From NCBI GenBank assembly GCA_019057865.1, contig JAHLWP010000007.1, positions 64,001-128,000 of the forward strand: a stretch of 64,000 nucleotides of DNA, given 5' to 3'. Position 1 is the stretch's first letter. Every line of letters begins with the position of its first letter. This stretch comes from Promethearchaeota archaeon. GTDB lineage: Archaea; Asgardarchaeota; Lokiarchaeia; Sigyniarchaeales; SOKP01. The notes beneath the pieces are model-generated. The model was not told the DNA's origin. It saw nothing but the letters and a program-made list of their open reading frames with translations, and did no database searches. This document shows, piece by piece, positions 41,543-49,827 of the stretch. The position numbers were made by a program, and so were the translations under genes.

Positions 41543-43747
41543 TTAAAGAATTTTCTTCAATTCTAATATCAAAGAAGAAGGATTATACTTATCAAATTTA
41601 TATACTTCTGCATTACCAAATTTTTTAAAGTTCTTTTTAATGTTATCTGCTGAATAAGTATGTACTCCTAAAGCCTGAGTAGCGTAAGATTTTTTTGGTT
41701 CTAATACAACTATATGGACTTTTTGTTTTGATAATTTTTTTGTTAAATCCTTCAATTCTTCAGTTACTAAGGCATAATCATTCTCAACTTGTGCAATTAA
41801 ATCAGGATATTTTACTGAAATATTGGCTCCACAGTCAGAAAATATAAAGATTACCGGGATAATATTTCGATTCTTTAGTTTCTCTGCTTTTATTAAATCT
41901 GAACATTTCTTTAATGCTGCTGCCATTGGAGTATAAGATTTTCCCTCTATTCTTTTCAATTTATTTACAGCGCTTTTAAAATTAACTGTAGGTTTTTGGA
42001 GAACAATTGCTTCTTTCCCTCTAAAAACAATTAAAGCAATTTTATCCTTTTTACGATACCCTTCTTTATGGAGAGACAATATAACGTCAGTCATTTGCTT
42101 TATTACATAATGCATTGATGCAGAACTATCGAGAACGAAAAAGAGAATTAAAGGAGCACGGTATTCATAAATTTTGTCCATTAAATCATATTTGTTAAAG
42201 TGTATTGGAAATTCAACGTCAGTTTGATTATATACTTTGTTTTTCAAATAATTTCTTATAGTTGCATCTAAAGCAATACTTTTTGGAAGTAGATTGATTG
42301 GCCTCCTATATGAGACATATCTCCCTTTTTGTGAAGATGATATTTTAATCCGCCTTCCTATACCTCTTCCTCCATAATCAGAAATTTTTCGATCTTTTCT
42401 AATATTATCCAATATTGAGGTCATTTTTTTTTCCATTTTATAAATAAATGTCCTATTACTTAATTTGTCCTCAAAAAATCGAAAGTCATCTTTTTCTCTA
42501 GGAATATTTTTTACTTTCCATCCTCCTGCAGGTTTAGGGCTCCTTTTTTTGTTATCAGGGTATTTAGGAGGGGGTAGTTTCTGTTCCTTTGTTTCAGGTA
42601 TATCAACTTTTTTAGGATCTACCGACTGACGTTTAAATTCCTTTTGCGGAGTATCGTCATGTTTTAAAGGACCTTCTGTGTCTTTATTAGGACGGTATGC
42701 TTTTGGGTCCTCATAGGCTTTCTGAATTTTACCATAGACTTCCGCAATTTTAGCCTTCACCTCCTTAGGGGTCATTTCGTAATGAAGTGATAGAATTCTA
42801 TGCTCAAACACTAAATCCATTGCCACATCTAAGTCTTCTTCAGTAATGATTTTCCTATCACTAAAAGCGGCATGAGCTCTAGCACACCGGATGAATGTTA
42901 TATCTGCTCTTTGAGAAAAGATTTCTAACTCATTAACTATTTTAGAAACAAACTCGTAAATAGAAGCGGGAATCTGGACTTCTTGAAGAATTTCTCGTGC
43001 TCTTACAATTCTATGTTTTAAAATCTCTTGTTCACTTTCATAGCATTTAATAAATTCTTTAGGATTATCATCAAATTCAATGACTTTTTTTGTTATTTCA
43101 GCTCGAAGTTTATTATCTCGAGGAGCTTTTATTCTAACTTCCAATCCAAGACGATCTGCGATCTGGGGTCTTAATTCACCCTCTTCAGGATTCATACTAC
43201 CTACTAATACAAATCTTGAAGGATGTGTAACAGAAATTCCTTCTCGCTCAATGATATTTATACCTGAAGCTGAAGCATCTAAAAGAGTATCAACGATATG
43301 ATCTTGCAGTAAATTAATTTCATCAATATATAAAATTCCTCTATTTGCTTTAGCTAATAATCCAGGATGAAGCTCTGATGTTCCCTCTGTTAATACACGA
43401 TCAATTGATAAGGAACCGCAAACCATATCTTCTGTTACACCAAGAGGGAGGTTAACCAATCGCATCTCTCGAAATTCAATTTCAATTTCCTTTTTCTTTT
43501 TCAATCTACAATCCTCACAAAGATCATCAATATTAGACTTAGGATTACAAGAAAACTGACAATCTTTAACAACTTCAATATCTGGCATTACTTCAACCAA
43601 AGATCTTACAGCAGTAGATTTTCCCGTACCTTGATGTCCCGTTAAAAGCACTCCTCCAATTTGGGGATCGATGACATTTAGTATTAGTGACATCTTCATC
43701 TTATCTTGTCCTAATATAGCAGTAAAAGGATAATTAATTTTTTTCAT
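41543..43747 (-). CDS. Mg-chelatase ChlI/ChlD-like AAA+ ATPase fused to vWA domain
   Basis: YPFTAILGQ, Walker A GHQGTGKS, Walker B LYIDE, GSMNPEEG; Pro-rich linker; MIDAS DSSAS. Confidence 0.9.
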   Translation of the reverse strand: MKKINYPFTAILGQDKMKMSLILNVIDPQIGGVLLTGHQGTGKSTAVRSLVEVMPDIEVVKDCQFSCNPKSNIDDLCEDCRLKKKKEIEIEFREMRLVNLPLGVTEDMVCGSLSIDRVLTEGTSELHPGLLAKANRGILYIDEINLLQDHIVDTLLDASASGINIIEREGISVTHPSRFVLVGSMNPEEGELRPQIADRLGLEVRIKAPRDNKLRAEITKKVIEFDDNPKEFIKCYESEQEILKHRIVRAREILQEVQIPASIYEFVSKIVNELEIFSQRADITFIRCARAHAAFSDRKIITEEDLDVAMDLVFEHRILSLHYEMTPKEVKAKIAEVYGKIQKAYEDPKAYRPNKDTEGPLKHDDTPQKEFKRQSVDPKKVDIPETKEQKLPPPKYPDNKKRSPKPAGGWKVKNIPREKDDFRFFEDKLSNRTFIYKMEKKMTSILDNIRKDRKISDYGGRGIGRRIKISSSQKGRYVSYRRPINLLPKSIALDATIRNYLKNKVYNQTDVEFPIHFNKYDLMDKIYEYRAPLILFFVLDSSASMHYVIKQMTDVILSLHKEGYRKKDKIALIVFRGKEAIVLQKPTVNFKSAVNKLKRIEGKSYTPMAAALKKCSDLIKAEKLKNRNIIPVIFIFSDCGANISVKYPDLIAQVENDYALVTEELKDLTKKLSKQKVHIVVLEPKKSYATQALGVHTYSADNIKKNFKKFGNAEVYKFDKYNPSSLILELKKIL

Positions 43748-43917
43748 TAGTATAACTGTTATTTTTAGAGTTCAATTGATTTAGTTTTTTACTTAAATAC
43801 TCTTCTTACTCTTCTAATAAAAGAAAATATCAAAATAAATAAAGATTTTCCTAAAAACAATAGATTAATGTTAGGTTTAGGTTTATTTTTAAATAGTACT
43901 ACTCTTAAATAAACCAT

Positions 43918-44865
43918 TCAAAATTTTGATAAGTCATCAATTCTCTGGTCTAATTTAGAAATAACTTCATCCCAATTAGATAAGATTTCTTCTACTTTAG
44001 GAATAACTATATCTCTTTCCTTATATTCTAAATAATCTAAGAACTCTTTAATATTTTCAATTTTCATAAAAGTTTCTGCAACATACTTGCGAATCTCGGA
44101 TTTTTGATTATCTAGAACTTCAGGAACTCTGTTGTGTTCCCCACGTCGTATTAATGTCGCTATATATTCTTCTGTTCCTTGCAAAAGGGAATTTAATTGA
44201 TTTATCCGTTCCATGATAAATTTTTCATAGGACTCAAAAATTCTATCTTTTGGGAAAAAATTAGTAATATCTATGATAAATTTCTGGGTTAGCTTAACTA
44301 ATTGCTCCATACTTTCATATCCTTCAATTATATAATCAACAGTATGATAAGATGCTTCAATACCTTTATTAACATCATTCAATCTAAAAATTTTAAAACC
44401 AGGATCATTTTTTAATCGCTTTTCGGGATCCCCTTTTTTGTCTGCTACCTCGATTTGACGTATTAACCTTGTTGGATTAAATACGAGAGAAACTGCTAAT
44501 GGATTATTGGTTTGATAAGACAATGTGGTTTTAATATCTATGTGGCTCATCATTACTTTAAAACCGGGATGAGAATGCCACCAACCTACTGTAAATTCTT
44601 CTCGAGAAAACGCCTTATCATCAATAATATATAAAGCTTCATAATCTTCATCTGACCATTTATATTGGTCGATAACGGCATCCTTATCGAGTTTTTGATG
44701 CATAATGGGATAGGCTGCAGCAATCATTATGTCATCACCTTCATTTTTACCAATAAAAACACCACTTACTTCAAGCCAATCATCTTTTAGGATTTTCTGG
44801 TTAGCAAACCTCACAGTGGCAGCAACAATTGTCAAATAAACTTTCTTAGGGATGATTACTACCAT
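43918..44865 (-). CDS. MPN/JAB metalloprotease (JAMM intact) with helical C-terminus
   Basis: EVSG and WWHSHPGFKVMMSHID = E...HxH-x7-S-x2-D. Confidence 0.9.
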   Translation of the reverse strand: MVVIIPKKVYLTIVAATVRFANQKILKDDWLEVSGVFIGKNEGDDIMIAAAYPIMHQKLDKDAVIDQYKWSDEDYEALYIIDDKAFSREEFTVGWWHSHPGFKVMMSHIDIKTTLSYQTNNPLAVSLVFNPTRLIRQIEVADKKGDPEKRLKNDPGFKIFRLNDVNKGIEASYHTVDYIIEGYESMEQLVKLTQKFIIDITNFFPKDRIFESYEKFIMERINQLNSLLQGTEEYIATLIRRGEHNRVPEVLDNQKSEIRKYVAETFMKIENIKEFLDYLEYKERDIVIPKVEEILSNWDEVISKLDQRIDDLSKF

Positions 44866-45031
44866 ATTCTTAAATCATTTTTTTAATTATTCAAATGGAA
44901 TTATATTGATTAATACTAATTTTACTATTTATGTTTTAGTTTGAATATAAAATTATATAACTATGAAATTTATATTATAATATTATTACAATATTCAATT
45001 CTCAAAATTATATGCAATTTTATAGATAATT

Positions 45032-45685
45032 ATGTCATTAAATTTTGAACCATTAACAAGTCAATTGGGTGTTCCTGGGACTTCCTATAGACTTCAATTA
45101 GGATCAATTAATGGGAAATGGGCTTGTAGATTATTGAAGGGAAAAAATGTAATTGATTCTTATGTATTCAAAGATGAAGATGTGCTAGATGATATTCCTA
45201 ATCAAAATCGAATTGTTTCATGGGTCTTAATGACTGTAGCTATTCCAAATATAAACCCTCATCAAATTATGAAAACAACGCAGGCCTTGGTCAAACAAGC
45301 ACTCAAAAAGAAGGAAGAAAGAAAAGCAGTAGCACCCATATCTGAAACAAAAAAAGTAGAGTTAGAGAGAGTTCCCGAAAGTGAATTGAAACGACCTAAA
45401 GTGGCTGGATGGGTTAAAGAAGAGGGAATGAAAACAGTTCAGGAATTAGAAGATGAAAAACGACAAGCATTTAAAGAAAGGATGATCCATAAAAGGGAAG
45501 AAGAAAGAACTCGAGAGGCTTCTACTTTAAAAACTTCAAGAGAATTACCATCTATTCCTACAGGTGCAGGTGGAACAAATGTATCTGCTGGTGCTGAGGT
45601 ATCAAAATTTTGTCCATTTTGTGGAAAAGATTTAAACTGGAAATTTTGTCCTAATTGTGGGAAACCTCTACCCCATGAAGATTAA
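45032..45685 (+). CDS. Hypothetical protein: beta-rich N-terminal domain, charged helix, double Zn ribbon
   Basis: C-terminal FCPFCG...FCPNCG. Confidence 0.75.
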   Translation: MSLNFEPLTSQLGVPGTSYRLQLGSINGKWACRLLKGKNVIDSYVFKDEDVLDDIPNQNRIVSWVLMTVAIPNINPHQIMKTTQALVKQALKKKEERKAVAPISETKKVELERVPESELKRPKVAGWVKEEGMKTVQELEDEKRQAFKERMIHKREEERTREASTLKTSRELPSIPTGAGGTNVSAGAEVSKFCPFCGKDLNWKFCPNCGKPLPHED

Positions 45686-45826
45686 TTTATTATTATTTTA
45701 GTAAAATCTATTTTTGAAAAAAATTATTTTTAATTTCTAAAATTCAATTCAAAAATTTAAAACATTTAAATTATATATGGATAAAAAATTAACTATATCT
45801 AAAACTCATAAAAATCGTGATTAAAT

Positions 45827-47302
45827 TTGACATCTGATAAAACTGTCATCATTAAACCACTCGCGTATTATAAAATGCTCATTCATGTTTTACGTTTTGG
45901 TTCTAAAGTAAGAGATCGCAAACAATATAAAGAGGTAATGGGGATCTTAATTGGTCGTCTTGAGTCAGGAGAACCTGATAAAAAAGGGATCAATGATGTA
46001 ATTGTGGAAGATGCAGTACCAATTTCCCATGGCGGCTCAATAGAAGTTGATTTTGCCCCAGAAGATTATGTAACATTCTCCATGGTAGATGCAGAATTTG
46101 CAGAAAAAGGATGGTTTAGTGTAGGGTGGTACCATTCACACCCTGGTTTGAAGATATTCTTTTCGAGTACGGATATAAAAAACATGCTTGGTTGGCAGAC
46201 TCCGAACCCAAGCGCTATTGGAATTGTCTTCGACCATACTTTCTTAGAAAAACCCGGAGATATGGGATTTCGCGCATTTAGATTAGATGACACTTCTAAA
46301 GGCCAAACAACAGGGTATCATGAAGTAAGAACTGTAGTCGAACCTCCAGATAGTCTTGAATATTACCAAAGACTTATGGAATTAATTAACAGTGTTCACT
46401 CTAAAGAACCGCCAATCTTAGAACTTAATGAATTGCCTGACTTATTTGGTGATATTGCTATTCCTAGTCAAGATCAATTAATAACTAAAAAACCAGAATT
46501 AGAATTAACTAAAATATTTTCTGCTATCCAGAATGGAATATCAAGTTTTTTAGAGTTGACAATTGAACCATCTGTTAAATTTCTTAATACGTGGAGTCAA
46601 GAGATGATTAGAAAAACCATTGAATCTAATTTAGAAATGAGAAATAACATTTTAGCTATAAAGGAAAAGATTGGAAATGGTATCTCTAATATACAAAAAG
46701 ATTTTAAATTTTCCTTAAAAGATAAATTGAATCAATTAGATATGTATATCGATGATAAATTTGATGAATTTGATAATAACAATGAAAATCTTAAAGAAAT
46801 TATAAGTCAAATTAAAATTGAACTTAATGATAAATTGAAGGTCATATTTGAAGAAAAGCTAAAGGTTTCTCTAGATCAAGGTATAAACTCGTTTAAAGAA
46901 AATCTAGAAAATTTAACAAAAATAAATCAAGAAAGTTCTATTTTTATTGAAAAATTAGAAGGTGAACGCAAGTCTCTAAATAATGTATCAGAGAATATTA
47001 ATTCTATTGAAGATTCAATCAACAATAAATTAAAGAATATACAAGACGAAGTCATAAATAAACTATCCAAAAACACTAATAAAATTGTTGGAAATTTTAT
47101 TAATTTAAATAAAGACACAAAGAGTTTCTTATCAGATTTAAAAGCCGCAATTATATTACTGGAAAGTTCAAAGAATCCTATACAGAATAAGATAAAAATC
47201 TTAGAAACAGAAAATAAGACCCTCCAAAAAGATTTATTAGAGTTGAAAAATGAAAATCAAGATTTAATGATTAAATTAAAAAAATATGAAGGAGGAGAAT
47301 AA
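45827..47302 (+). CDS. Rpn11/CSN5-like MPN+ metalloprotease with long coiled-coil tail
   Basis: VIIKPLAYYKMLIH...EVMGILIG...GWYHSHPGLKIFFSSTD: complete JAMM motif; C-terminal half is heptad-rich. Confidence 0.92.
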   Translation: MTSDKTVIIKPLAYYKMLIHVLRFGSKVRDRKQYKEVMGILIGRLESGEPDKKGINDVIVEDAVPISHGGSIEVDFAPEDYVTFSMVDAEFAEKGWFSVGWYHSHPGLKIFFSSTDIKNMLGWQTPNPSAIGIVFDHTFLEKPGDMGFRAFRLDDTSKGQTTGYHEVRTVVEPPDSLEYYQRLMELINSVHSKEPPILELNELPDLFGDIAIPSQDQLITKKPELELTKIFSAIQNGISSFLELTIEPSVKFLNTWSQEMIRKTIESNLEMRNNILAIKEKIGNGISNIQKDFKFSLKDKLNQLDMYIDDKFDEFDNNNENLKEIISQIKIELNDKLKVIFEEKLKVSLDQGINSFKENLENLTKINQESSIFIEKLEGERKSLNNVSENINSIEDSINNKLKNIQDEVINKLSKNTNKIVGNFINLNKDTKSFLSDLKAAIILLESSKNPIQNKIKILETENKTLQKDLLELKNENQDLMIKLKKYEGGE

Positions 47303-48715
47303 TTGAAAATGCCTGAAAATGAATTAAACAACAATAAGGACAAAAATGAGAAAGATCAAACCATTCCAACGAAAAATAGACAAATAATAATAAAAAAAGA
47401 AGCTTTCAGGAATATGATAACCCATGTTTTAAGATTTGGAAGCATTGCATTAGAAAAGAGTGTAGAGGTTATGGGCATTTGCTTAGGAGAATTAACTGAG
47501 AATGAGAAAGACATTGTTTTAATCAATGCTATTCCGATTACTCATGGAAAAAAAGTATCAGCAGGTTTTACTAAAGACGATTATGATTTATTAACTCAAC
47601 TTGAAAAACAATATCAAAAGAAGAATCTTAATATTGTAGGATGGTATAGTTCACACCCCGGGTGGGGTCTTTATTTTTCTGACTTAGAGATAAAAACTCA
47701 TCAATTTTTTCAAAAGGAAAGTAATCCTAACGGATTTTTTGTTGTTTTTGATCATACTTTAATGGATAAAGATAAGACTTTTGGTTTTGAGATTTATAGA
47801 TTTGATGATTTTAAAAAAGCAGATAAATATCATAATGTAGTATTTGAAATTGAAGAACCAGCAACCCTAGATTATTTTAAATGGGTTCAGAAATTTGTAG
47901 AAGATTTTCAAAAACAGACATCTATCTTAATTAAAGAAATTAGTGAATCAAAAGAGTCAATTCCGGGTGAATTACAAGAAATACCAATATCAGAGGAAAT
48001 ATCACCAGAAGAAGAATTTGATGATTATTCACAAATTTCACCGATAATTTCAGGATTTCAAAAAGGAGTGTCTAGATTTTCTGAATCGGTGATAGATACC
48101 TTCAAGTCTCAATTTGGAGATTGGACCAATGATCTTAAAGAAGGATCTTCGAAAGGTTCAGAATATTTACGTAATAGTGTAAATAAAATGAAAGAGGCAG
48201 CATCTCAGAGTCTTATTAAAGTAGAGAATTGGTTTAAAAAAAATTTAGATAGTATGTTAAACGAATTTAAAGAAACTGTGGTTAATTATGTAGATAATAG
48301 AGTTGAAGCTCAGACTGAACTCAGAAATGATCTCAATAATATAAAAAATGATCTTTTTAATGATTTAAATATCGTTGTTGATGAAAATTTAAAATATATT
48401 AAAAGTGAAATAGCATCTGTTGTTAAATTAACAACTGAAAAAGTAAATAATAGCACTCAAATAAATTCTAAGATTGAAGAGATGATTGGCAGTATTTCTA
48501 AAGTAATCTTAGCAATTGAAAATGAATCAAGTGATCTAGGTAGTAAAATAGAAAAAAATATTGAAACAACGATTGATCAATTTGAAACAAGTATTAATGA
48601 AAAAATTGAAAAAATGAGTTCAGAATTACAACCATTTAAAGAATATTACTTAGAAATTAGTGAATTGTTAGAAAAGTTACAAAAAATAATCACAGATTTT
48701 CGCATGAAGATATAG
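47303..48715 (+). CDS. MPN- (catalytically degenerate JAMM) paralog with coiled-coil tail
   Basis: EVMGICLG...GWYSSHPGWGLYFSDLE: His1->Ser and Asp->Glu; abuts the upstream stop, with GGAGG RBS inside the upstream gene. Confidence 0.88.
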   Translation: MKMPENELNNNKDKNEKDQTIPTKNRQIIIKKEAFRNMITHVLRFGSIALEKSVEVMGICLGELTENEKDIVLINAIPITHGKKVSAGFTKDDYDLLTQLEKQYQKKNLNIVGWYSSHPGWGLYFSDLEIKTHQFFQKESNPNGFFVVFDHTLMDKDKTFGFEIYRFDDFKKADKYHNVVFEIEEPATLDYFKWVQKFVEDFQKQTSILIKEISESKESIPGELQEIPISEEISPEEEFDDYSQISPIISGFQKGVSRFSESVIDTFKSQFGDWTNDLKEGSSKGSEYLRNSVNKMKEAASQSLIKVENWFKKNLDSMLNEFKETVVNYVDNRVEAQTELRNDLNNIKNDLFNDLNIVVDENLKYIKSEIASVVKLTTEKVNNSTQINSKIEEMIGSISKVILAIENESSDLGSKIEKNIETTIDQFETSINEKIEKMSSELQPFKEYYLEISELLEKLQKIITDFRMKI

Positions 48716-48749
48716 TGGTTAATGAATTACATATATAGAGGGATCTGAG

Positions 48750-48938
48750 TTGACACCGTCAAGAAAGAAAATGTTAAAGAAGGTAGACGAAGCTATAAAA
48801 GTATTGGATAATCAAATCAACAATCCTGATGGGATCGATGAAAACAAGCTAAAAGAGTTAATGGAATTGAAGGAAGAACTCGAGAAATCAAAAAAAGTGA
48901 TAAAAAAGAGACACTTTGACCTCTTACCTTACAGGTAA
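48750..48938 (+). CDS. Small helical-hairpin protein
   Basis: TTG start 34 nt after the MPN- stop; two amphipathic helices. Confidence 0.6.
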   Translation: MTPSRKKMLKKVDEAIKVLDNQINNPDGIDENKLKELMELKEELEKSKKVIKKRHFDLLPYR

Positions 48939-48977
48939 GAAGGAATAAAATCAACTAAAAAATTAAAGATTTCTGAA

Positions 48978-48994
48978 GTGAGCTGAAAGCTCAT
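48978..48994 (+). other. Short stable hairpin downstream of the MPN operon
   Basis: GTGAGCT-GAA-AGCTCAT, flanked by CTGA and GAT. Confidence 0.45.
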
Positions 48995-49258
48995 GATTAA
49001 TTTCTACATCTCTAATTTTTTAGAGATATATATAATATGTTATATCCGGGAGGAGTTGAGCGAGAAAGTTATAAAATAAATAAAAATTTAGGCATAGAAG
49101 TTTTTTTTTATATGATTCTGATCTTTTATTTAATTTTTTTATTTCTTATTTTTATATCCATTTGTCAATTTTTGATTACAAAAGAGCAGAGATTACGATT
49201 ATGGATCCATGGAGGATGATTTTGACTATTGGGAAGAGACAGTAGGTGTAAAAATGGT

Positions 49259-49543
49259 TTAGAAAAATTTCAAGTTTGAAACTTTAGAAATTTGTAATCT
49301 ATATTTCGGAATGTTAGTATTCAATCGCTTTAAATGATTCAATTTAGCGATTTTGCCTAAAACTCTTCCGATTCTGTCAACTTTAACGTCAATTCCAAAA
49401 TTTTCTTTAAGAACTGAATTAATTTTATAGGACGATAATATAACAACACGTGAGATATTTTTTTCACATAACAACTCAATTGCTTTTTTTACTAAGCTAA
49501 TTAGAGTTTCTTTATTATCTATCTTAATTTTTTCCATTCTCAA
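49259..49543 (-). CDS. Small basic winged-helix-like protein
   Basis: Helix-turn-helix-wing pattern (SSYKIN...VDRIGRVL...PKYRL). Confidence 0.5.
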   Translation of the reverse strand: MRMEKIKIDNKETLISLVKKAIELLCEKNISRVVILSSYKINSVLKENFGIDVKVDRIGRVLGKIAKLNHLKRLNTNIPKYRLQISKVSNLKFF

Positions 49544-49674
49544 TAATTTAAAAAAAATTTCGTATAATTAAATTTATTTTTAACCATTTTTAAAACTTTC
49601 ATCTAAGTTTGATTCTTAAATTTGTTTTAACTTTATAATTAGGTTTAAATTAAAAAAAATGATTTATTAATATA

Positions 49675-49827
49675 ATGTCTGATAAGCAATCTAATTCTGT
49701 TAATTCTCTAAGAAAATCAAATATATCTAAAGAACAAAAAAGTTCAGAAACAGAAATAAAATTACTCAAATTAAACCGTCATATTTATCACATACTTCAA
49801 AAATTGGGAGGCGTAGGTTCAAAATGA
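49675..49827 (+). CDS. Small 50-aa protein translationally coupled to the downstream membrane protein (not in ORF track)
   Basis: MSDKQSNSVNSLRK...HILQKLGGVGSK; its TGA overlaps the next ATG (ATGA) and it contains the GGAGG RBS. Confidence 0.5.
   Translation: MSDKQSNSVNSLRKSNISKEQKSSETEIKLLKLNRHIYHILQKLGGVGSK

Noticed and set aside
41543-43747. Chlorophyll biosynthesis implied by the ChlI/D-like gene
   Set aside because: Such AAA+/vWA proteins are widespread in non-phototrophic archaea, and no other bch/chl genes are present.
49037-49262. 60-aa hydrophobic ORF and an overlapping acidic frame (DYDYGSMEDDFDYWEETVGVKMV)
   Set aside because: The hydrophobicity comes from T-rich low-complexity DNA and there is no recognisable homology; it may be a remnant but cannot be supported.
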